Assembly: GCA_040390065.1 (NCBI GenBank)
Contig: JAZJZE010000010.1
Coordinates: 1-64,000, forward strand
Origin: a bacterium
GTDB taxonomy: Archaea; Thermoplasmatota; E2; JACPAO01; JAHFTW01
Length of the DNA stretch: 64,000 nt
Reading direction: 5' to 3'
In this document: one piece after another, positions 57,805 through 64,000 of the stretch
Layout of the letters: every line of letters begins with the position of its first letter
Numbering within the stretch: position 1 is the first letter of the stretch
Position numbers and translations under genes: made by a program
Notes under the pieces: generated by a model
Told to the model about the DNA's origin: nothing
The model's input: the letters and a program-made list of their open reading frames with translations, nothing else
The model's database searches: none

Positions 57805-58352
57805 GCGTTTCCTCGGACGGTGCGCGAGTCGATCGCCTGCCAGAGCTGCCCGGATCGGATGAGGGGCTTGGTGTGCGTCGCGCCCTCGAACAGGACCTCG
57901 GCGGCCATCTGCTGGCGCTTGAAGCGGCTGCCGAGCAGCTTGGCCATGATCGTGCGGTAGGAGTTCTGCGGCCAGGCGCCCCAGCCGCTGGTCTCGAAGG
58001 CCTCCTTTACCAGGTTCTTGCCGGCCTCGCCGACGAGCTTGAGGTACTCGTCGACCTTGCCCTTGAGGAACAGCTTCTCGGAGAACGGCTTGAGCTGCGC
58101 GATCATCTTGTCGCTGTGGAAGGCGAAGGTGTCCACAAGGAAGGAGCGGCGCGGGATCTTGCGCGAGACCGAGCCCAGCTCGTGGATGAGGCCGATCTCG
58201 GCGTTGGTCAGGCCCTTGTCAGCCTTGCCGCGGCGCGAGGTCTTGTCGCCGAAGACGCCGATCTGGACCGCCAGGTGGCCGTCGACGATCTTCTTGAGGC
58301 CGCTGGCGAAGACCTGAAGCCCGGTCATGTCGAACTTCCGTTCCTTGGCCAT
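57801..58352 (-). CDS. Neck protein (HK97 gp10-like)
   Basis: NAEIGLIHELGS...IPRRSFL; KPLIRSGQL. Confidence 0.75.
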   Translation of the reverse strand: MAKERKFDMTGLQVFASGLKKIVDGHLAVQIGVFGDKTSRRGKADKGLTNAEIGLIHELGSVSRKIPRRSFLVDTFAFHSDKMIAQLKPFSEKLFLKGKVDEYLKLVGEAGKNLVKEAFETSGWGAWPQNSYRTIMAKLLGSRFKRQQMAAEVLFEGATHTKPLIRSGQLWQAIDSRTVRGNA

Positions 58353-58354
58353 GG

Positions 58355-58870
58355 TCAGCTGTCCGTGAACGGGATGCTGGGCATCTTGCCGGGGACGCCG
58401 CCGGTGAAGTCGGAGCGGCCGACGACGCCGGCCATGGCGCCGACGAGCTTTGGCTGAACCATGGCGACGTACTTCTGGCCGTAGGTGGTGATCCAGAGCT
58501 GCTGGAGCAGGGGGATCTTCTTGACCCACTCGGGCGGTTCCTGGAAGTTCTGGCTGATGCCGTTGACGCCCGAGCCGGTCAGGACCTGCTCGGCCTGGTT
58601 CTCGACCCCCAGGCCCTCGGACTCCGGCGTGAGGCCGCCGGCGGCCTCGATGTTGATGCGGACGAAGTGGGCGGTGACGAACAGGAAGCCCAGCCAGCCG
58701 TCGGCGACGCTGAACAGCGCGGGGTTGAAGACGGCCATGGCGTCGATCATCGCGTTCTTGATGTCGGCGTCCATGACGGTCTCCGGGCCCGAGCCGTACT
58801 TGAAGTCGCGCGCGAAGCGCGCCTTGAAGTCGTCCAGCGTCGCCGGCGGCGTGGGCAGGGCGGGAGGCAT
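58355..58870 (-). CDS. Head-tail adaptor (DUF4054-like)
   Basis: DFKARF..DF; TAHF; TTYGQKY. Confidence 0.75.
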   Translation of the reverse strand: MPPALPTPPATLDDFKARFARDFKYGSGPETVMDADIKNAMIDAMAVFNPALFSVADGWLGFLFVTAHFVRINIEAAGGLTPESEGLGVENQAEQVLTGSGVNGISQNFQEPPEWVKKIPLLQQLWITTYGQKYVAMVQPKLVGAMAGVVGRSDFTGGVPGKMPSIPFTDS

Positions 58871-58877
58871 GCGGTCC

Positions 58878-59336
58878 TTAGGCGACGATGTCCTTGTGCT
58901 TCTCCTGCAGGGCCTCGAGCGCCTTCTTGCTGTCGGCGGCGAGGAAGTCCCGGACGACGCCCTGGAGGGCGGCCTTGTCTCCGGCGTCGGCCAGGGCGAG
59001 CTTCTGCTCGAGGTCGGCGATGGCCTTCGTCCCGTCGCCCTTGACCTCCTCGAGCTGCTTGGTCAGCTTCTCGACCTCGGCCTTGAGCTTGACGTTCTCG
59101 GCGACGGCGCGCGGGTCGCTGCCGGGGATGACGTCCTTGGCGAGGCGGATGTGCTTGTAGGCGCGGCAGAGCTTCTCGGCCAAGGCCACGGGCGCGTCGA
59201 TGGACTCGCCGGGGCGCAGCCAGCCGGCGGAGGTGCTCATGGGGCCGAAGCCCTTGCCGGTGTGGAACAGCTTGACGGTCTCGGGCGCGACGGGCGCGTC
59301 GGGGGCGGCGGGCGGCGGCGTCTGGACTTCGGTCAT
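58878..59336 (-). CDS. Hypothetical protein after the capsid gene
   Basis: 152 aa, GGAGG RBS, coiled C-terminus. Confidence 0.6.
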   Translation of the reverse strand: MTEVQTPPPAAPDAPVAPETVKLFHTGKGFGPMSTSAGWLRPGESIDAPVALAEKLCRAYKHIRLAKDVIPGSDPRAVAENVKLKAEVEKLTKQLEEVKGDGTKAIADLEQKLALADAGDKAALQGVVRDFLAADSKKALEALQEKHKDIVA

Positions 59337-59377
59337 GGGTGAATCCTCCCTGGGTGCGTCTGAGGCGTCTCGACATA

Positions 59378-59408
59378 CCCCCGGCCGGGCTGCGTCTCCG
59401 GCCGGGGG
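59378..59408 (-). terminator. GC hairpin after the major capsid gene (terminator or mRNA stabiliser)
   Basis: CCCCCGGCCGG-9 nt-CCGGCCGGGGG; weak U tract. Confidence 0.5.
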
Positions 59409-59430
59409 CCTTCTCGAGGCGCTCCGGGCG

Positions 59431-60561
59431 CTAGAGGCTCGACGCGTCGTCGAAGTACATGACCTCCGGGACGCGGTAGACGATCATGCCGCTGTACTGG
59501 CCGTAGCCCACGCCGGTGAAGTGGACGTTATTGGCGGTCGCCGGCGCGGCGATGGTCAGGTCGATCGGGATGTCCATGTGCAGGGTCTCCCGGTCGTTGT
59601 TGTAGAGGGCGTAGCGGTTGGTGCCGCCGGCCGCCCAGAAGCCCGCGTTGCGGACCTTGTTGCCGTAGGCCGTGGGGAGGATCTGGAAGTCTTTGCCGCA
59701 GATCCCCTGGAAGGCCTTCGTCAGGTACTCGAGCTTCGTCTGGCTGATCGGCACGCCGGCGATGGAGACGTTCACGCCGAGGCCGGTCCAGTCGGACATG
59801 GGGACGGTGAGCCGCTTGGGGAAGACGGTCTCGTTGGAGTTGGTGCGGAAGAGGCCGATGAGGCCGGCCACGACCGCGTCCATCTCCGCCGCGCTCATCG
59901 TCGACAGCGGCTTGTTGATGAACGAGTTGTTCACCGTGCAGGCGCTGTTGCTCAGGAGGCCGGGGTAGAGCGTGAGGTTGCTCTGCTTGCCGAGGAAGCC
60001 CACCTGCTGGATGCCGAGCTGCCAGTTCTTGGTCAGCGCCTTGAACTTGGCCTCGACGATGTCCCAGTTGTTGGACGCCAGGGCGCGCTCGACCTCCATG
60101 ATCGAGTAGGAGTAGCCCTTGTTCCAGCCCTTCAGCGCGGCCGTGATCGGCGAGAGGCCGACCTCGACGTTGGGGATCACGCTGCGCGTCCCGAGGTCCA
60201 TGTCGCCGTCCTCGAACGGGCCCGCGGCGTCGAACGTCAGGTTGGTCTTGATCGCGTCCATCCACGGCCCGCGACCCACGAGGACGCTGGCGAAGTCGGC
60301 GATCGCCTCCTCGTAGAAGCGCTGCATGATCACCTCGGCGGCGATCAGGGTCGTGGTCTGGGTGGCGTACTGGAAGCCCAAGGACGCCTGGTTGACGGCC
60401 CCGTTGGCGTTCTTCAGCTCCGCGGCGAGCCCGTGCTTCCACGGGATGGGGTTCTGCGCGATCGCCAGGAGGGTGTTGAGCAGTTCGGGGTGCGCCCCGA
60501 AGCGCGCCATCACGGCCTCGTCGCCCTTGCGCAGGGAGTTCAGCAGCTCGTTGTGTTTCAT
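59431..60561 (-). CDS. Major capsid protein (DUF2184/encapsulin-like HK97 fold)
   Basis: 376 aa after protease and decoration genes; YSYSIMEVERA, FLG...PGLL, YSGMIVYRVPEVMYFD. Confidence 0.85.
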   Translation of the reverse strand: MKHNELLNSLRKGDEAVMARFGAHPELLNTLLAIAQNPIPWKHGLAAELKNANGAVNQASLGFQYATQTTTLIAAEVIMQRFYEEAIADFASVLVGRGPWMDAIKTNLTFDAAGPFEDGDMDLGTRSVIPNVEVGLSPITAALKGWNKGYSYSIMEVERALASNNWDIVEAKFKALTKNWQLGIQQVGFLGKQSNLTLYPGLLSNSACTVNNSFINKPLSTMSAAEMDAVVAGLIGLFRTNSNETVFPKRLTVPMSDWTGLGVNVSIAGVPISQTKLEYLTKAFQGICGKDFQILPTAYGNKVRNAGFWAAGGTNRYALYNNDRETLHMDIPIDLTIAAPATANNVHFTGVGYGQYSGMIVYRVPEVMYFDDASSL

Positions 60562-60592
60562 GGTCTTTTCTTTTTTCTCCGTGTGCGGGGTT

Positions 60593-61048
60593 TTACGCGG
60601 CCACCCAGCCGACGATGACGCGTCCGACCGAGTTGACGACGACGTAGTCGAGCAGCAGACCCATCTGCAGGTGCGTGCCGTCGACGGCGACCAGGACGCC
60701 AGCGCCCATGGCGACGGGCGTGCCGGGGGTCAGCGTGCCGCCGCCGACCTGGTAGACGGCGAGGCCGCCCGAGAAGACGACCTCGAGCGTGTCGCCGGGC
60801 GCGAACGTGTCCTGCTTCACGTTGTACTTGATCGTGCCGAAGGCCGCTTCGTTGTCGGCCGCGGCCACGAACTGGATGAGGCCGGGGGTCGTGACCGAGT
60901 CGTCGATCTTGACGCGGTCGCCGGCGACGAGGTCGTCGGAGCCGCCGAGGACGCCGCTGAGGGCGCCGTCCTTGACGGACTCCGCGACCGCGCCGCGGGC
61001 GGGGTTGACGTTGTTGAAGGCATTGGTGGAGAACGTCGGGGCGCTCAT
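60593..61048 (-). CDS. Capsid decoration/cement protein
   Basis: 151 aa, G/V/A-rich, between protease and capsid. Confidence 0.65.
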   Translation of the reverse strand: MSAPTFSTNAFNNVNPARGAVAESVKDGALSGVLGGSDDLVAGDRVKIDDSVTTPGLIQFVAAADNEAAFGTIKYNVKQDTFAPGDTLEVVFSGGLAVYQVGGGTLTPGTPVAMGAGVLVAVDGTHLQMGLLLDYVVVNSVGRVIVGWVAA

Positions 61049-61105
61049 GGGTTAGTCCTCTCTGTGTGCGGTTTGGTACGGCTCTACGACCGGGGGGCGG
61101 TTCAT

Positions 61106-62368
61106 TTACTGGTGCGAGCCGTACCGCGCCCGTCCGAGATCCTCGCGCTCCTGCGCGGACACGATGCCGACGAACGGCGTGCCGACGGAGCCGCCGCGCT
61201 CCTCGGCCGACCTGCGCAGCGCGTTGAAGCGCTCGGTGCGCAGGGCCTCGGCCTTGGCCGCCTTCGCGGCCTCCGCCTTGACCTTGATGGCGTTCTGCTT
61301 CTCGGCCTCGTCCTTCTTCGCCTTCTCCTCGGCCGCCTTCTTCTTGGCGGCGTCGTCCTCGGCGTTCTTGAGCGCGGCCGCCTCGGCGGCCTTCTTCTCG
61401 CGCTCCTGGGCCTGCTCGGGCGTCTCCGGGGGCGCGGCGTTGGTGGGCGCGCCGGCGCCGCCGGGGGCCGGCATGGGCGGCATTCCTGGCTCGGGGATCA
61501 CGTCGCCGCCGCCCAGGGGCTGCGGGGGCAGATCGGCGGCGGGAGCGCCGCCCGGCGCGGCCGCGGGGTCGACGGGCGTGCTCGCCTCGGGCGCGTCGAT
61601 CTCGGCGTTCATCTTCTCGAAGGCCGCTTTGGCCTTCGTGCGGTCATCGTCGCTGGAGGCGTTCTTCATGGCGGCGTCGTAGGAGGCCTGGGCCGCGGCG
61701 CGCTTCTCGACGCGGGCGTTCTCCTTGGCGGCCTTCTCGTCGGCGGCCTTCTTCTTCTCGTCGTCCTCGATGGAGTTGAAGACCTCGCGCAGGTCCTTGA
61801 GCGGGACGAGCGAGAGCGCGGCTTTCAGGACCTTGTTCATGACGCCTCCGGGAAGTGAGTTGAGCAGCTGGATGGTCGCGCCGACGTATCTAGGATTCGG
61901 AACCACGGCGAAATGGGTGTACTCGCCGTTGAGGATGACGGCGTCGTAGTCGACGTTGTGCCACTTGCCCGGGGTCTCGTCGACCTCGGTGGGAACGTAG
62001 GCGCAGGAGAACTGGAAGCCCTTCTCGCAGGCCTGGGCGGTCTCGGCGTTGTCGAGCCCGAAGTTGATGCTCTCCCATCCGCTCTCGCCGTCCCAGAAGC
62101 CGTCTGTGACCTGTCCGTCGTACTTCTTGCCCGGCTGGACCTTGACGTGGTCGAAGCCGCCGGTCTTGCCGACGACTGGCTTGCCGGCCGCGGTGGGGCG
62201 CATCTTGTCGATCGCCTCGCGCGGTAGCAGGTAGGTGGTCTTCGAACCGTCATCGTTGTCGTATGAAACGATCCCGACTTCGAGATGCTTGCCGACGCCC
62301 TTTCTCGCCTTCGACGCCCAAGCGCCTGCGGAGGCGTTGACGAGAGGTCCGTAAATCGTCTTTCTCAC
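61106..62368 (-). CDS. Prohead protease/scaffold (DUF2213-like)
   Basis: GKPVV...H, FSCAY, G.W....YDAV...YTHFAVVPNPR, then a charged/Pro-rich scaffold tail. Confidence 0.85.
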   Translation of the reverse strand: MRKTIYGPLVNASAGAWASKARKGVGKHLEVGIVSYDNDDGSKTTYLLPREAIDKMRPTAAGKPVVGKTGGFDHVKVQPGKKYDGQVTDGFWDGESGWESINFGLDNAETAQACEKGFQFSCAYVPTEVDETPGKWHNVDYDAVILNGEYTHFAVVPNPRYVGATIQLLNSLPGGVMNKVLKAALSLVPLKDLREVFNSIEDDEKKKAADEKAAKENARVEKRAAAQASYDAAMKNASSDDDRTKAKAAFEKMNAEIDAPEASTPVDPAAAPGGAPAADLPPQPLGGGDVIPEPGMPPMPAPGGAGAPTNAAPPETPEQAQEREKKAAEAAALKNAEDDAAKKKAAEEKAKKDEAEKQNAIKVKAEAAKAAKAEALRTERFNALRRSAEERGGSVGTPFVGIVSAQEREDLGRARYGSHQ

Positions 62369-62991
62369 GCGAAGCTCCGCGTGAGCATGTTCGGCGTCAC
62401 CTTATCGAGCTTCATCTTGTTCGCCACGTCGAGGATGACGCGCAGGTTCCACGGAACATGGAGACCGCTGAATGCCCGGCTGCGCGGCCGCATCGGATAG
62501 AAGTGGTCCACGACGTGCTTGATGCCGCTCTCGCGCGTCGCTTGCGCTGCGATGGTATACGGCTTCTGCAGTTCCACTCTGTCGGCCCACCGAGGCATGG
62601 CGTTCATCTTCTGCGCGTAGCGAGCCGCGCCGTACGCGCGGAATCGATGAAGGATCGTCTTCTGGCGGGCCCGTGCCTTTGCGTTCAATTCTTCCCGGTG
62701 CGCTTCGTGATATGACCTCTCGCCCGCTCTGCGCTTTTCGATGTGCTTGAGACGGCTATTTCTCGAAGAGGCGTTCCGCAGGATCCTGTTCTTGGCGTAT
62801 CGAGCGCGCTCCTCGGCCCTGACCTTCTCGGGGTCCTCGATGCGATACCGCTTCTTGCGCAGGCGGCCTTGCTCGAGCGCCTTCGCCTTGTTGGCGAGGT
62901 AGTACGCACGATAATAGTCCTTGTGCTCGGCGTTCCACTTCCGCTTGTACTCGCGGGCGTGTTCGGTAAGCGGAGCGCGCTTCCTGGTCAC
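62365..62991 (-). CDS. HNH homing endonuclease
   Basis: Basic helical N-terminus; PRWAD...HVVDHFYP...GLHVPWNLRVI...N; lower GC; 4-bp overlaps on both sides. Confidence 0.85.
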   Translation of the reverse strand: MTRKRAPLTEHAREYKRKWNAEHKDYYRAYYLANKAKALEQGRLRKKRYRIEDPEKVRAEERARYAKNRILRNASSRNSRLKHIEKRRAGERSYHEAHREELNAKARARQKTILHRFRAYGAARYAQKMNAMPRWADRVELQKPYTIAAQATRESGIKHVVDHFYPMRPRSRAFSGLHVPWNLRVILDVANKMKLDKVTPNMLTRSFA

Positions 62992-64000
62992 GCGCCGCTC
63001 CCGAATCGCGCGGCGCCGATGGCCTCGCGCGAGAAGGCGGTCATGGGGGCGGCGTTCTTCATGTCCTTCATGCTCGAGGCCGTCTCGACGCCGCTGCCCT
63101 TGCACTTCGCGCACTTGACGTCGTTGCCATTGGCGTCCTCGACGTAGCCGGAGGCGTCGCACGTCTGGCACGGGCGCTCGAAGATGGCATTGTGGACGAC
63201 GTCGTCGATGGGCTTCGGCCGCGGGTTCGGCGTGCCGCAGTGGGGGCAGCGCTCCTCGCGGACGGCGGCGCTGAACTCGTAGCCGCAGGGGCAGGAGGGG
63301 CCGATGGCGTTCTCCTTGGCGGCCCACTGCTTCTCGAAGCTCGCGCCGCAGCCGCTCGCGCAGCAGTAGGCCGCCTTGCCGTTCTCGTCGACGACGACGG
63401 GCACGTTGTCGCGGCCGCAGCCGGGGCAGGGGGCGATGTAGTCGCCGAGACTGTTCTTGAACACCTTGGTCGGGTGGTAGCGGGTCGGGCCGGGGGAGTC
63501 GGCGTCGAGCTGAACCATGACCTCCGCGCCGTATGCGTAAGTCACGACGCCGGGATGGCCCTCGATCGTCTTGACGCGGTCTCCCTTCTTGAACTCGTCC
63601 TCGGCTCGGCTCTCGCCGGCGTTCTCTTTCGGCTTCGGCGGGATCTTCTTGCCGGGAGTCTCTTTGCCCGGCGCGACGCCTCCGTCCCAGCCGAAGCCGA
63701 CGCTGACGGGCTCCGTGGGCGGCTCCCCGTTCTCGAGGTCGGCGACGAGCAGCTGCGCGCCGGTGGGGCAGAGGTTCTTGGCGTCGGCCTGGTCGGAGCC
63801 GGCGGGCGCGTGGCGCACGGGGCCGCAGGTCGGGCAGGTCTTGCAGTGGGCCTCGAAGGCGGCGATGGTCTTCTCGAAGTCGGGGCGGACGTTGGCGCGC
63901 TCCTTGCGCTGGACCCAAAGCTCGATGACGTTGCCCTTCGTGACGAGCTTGCACTTGGATCCGCGGCTCTCGTACTGCTTCTTGACGTCATGCGCCTCGT
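62988..64000 (-). CDS. Multi-module (Zn-ribbon/KOW-SH3-like) head-module protein, 5' end beyond window
   Basis: Frame open to the window end; several CxxC modules plus FKKGDRVKT...GVV; C-terminus resembles the scaffold C-terminus. Confidence 0.7.
   Translation of the reverse strand, partial: EAHDVKKQYESRGSKCKLVTKGNVIELWVQRKERANVRPDFEKTIAAFEAHCKTCPTCGPVRHAPAGSDQADAKNLCPTGAQLLVADLENGEPPTEPVSVGFGWDGGVAPGKETPGKKIPPKPKENAGESRAEDEFKKGDRVKTIEGHPGVVTYAYGAEVMVQLDADSPGPTRYHPTKVFKNSLGDYIAPCPGCGRDNVPVVVDENGKAAYCCASGCGASFEKQWAAKENAIGPSCPCGYEFSAAVREERCPHCGTPNPRPKPIDDVVHNAIFERPCQTCDASGYVEDANGNDVKCAKCKGSGVETASSMKDMKNAAPMTAFSREAIGAARFGSGA

Noticed and set aside
1-64000. Stop-codon reassignment
   Set aside because: Core genes are full length in the standard code, TAA, TAG and TGA all end genes, and no suppressor tRNA is present.

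Overview
The window is almost a whole, circularly permuted genome of a GC-rich tailed phage with a contractile tail. Nearly all real genes are on the minus strand, and the long plus-strand ORFs are GC shadows. Reading from high to low coordinates: (1) head module (cargo-like protein, HNH, DUF2213-type protease/scaffold, decoration protein, capsid); (2) neck, sheath, tube, frameshifted chaperone, short tape measure, baseplate, fibres; (3) lysis cassette; (4) about 29 kb of early/middle genes (TMTC-like glycosyltransferase, Cro-like HTH, GIY-YIG, RecT, exonucleases, two DNA methyltransferases, RusA, HerA-like ATPase, ASCH, SpoVG, HAD, lambda-O-like initiator with iterons); (5) a ParB-fused third methyltransferase, a tRNA-Met with a structured RNA, terminase, portal and the start of a probable minor head gene. 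No integrase, DNA polymerase or CRISPR array is visible. The strongest unusual signals are: a multi-domain protein that shares the scaffold's C-terminal motif and recurrent Asn-Ala/Ser boundaries, suggesting protease-processed capsid cargo; signal-peptide-like N-termini on the large terminase and two tail-region proteins, alongside a phage GT-C glycosyltransferase; a nearly leaderless hybrid tRNA-Met followed by an unexplained structured RNA; and a six-promoter operator regulon with duplicated promoter/RBS cassettes. All family names come from reading motifs and synteny by eye, not from database searches.
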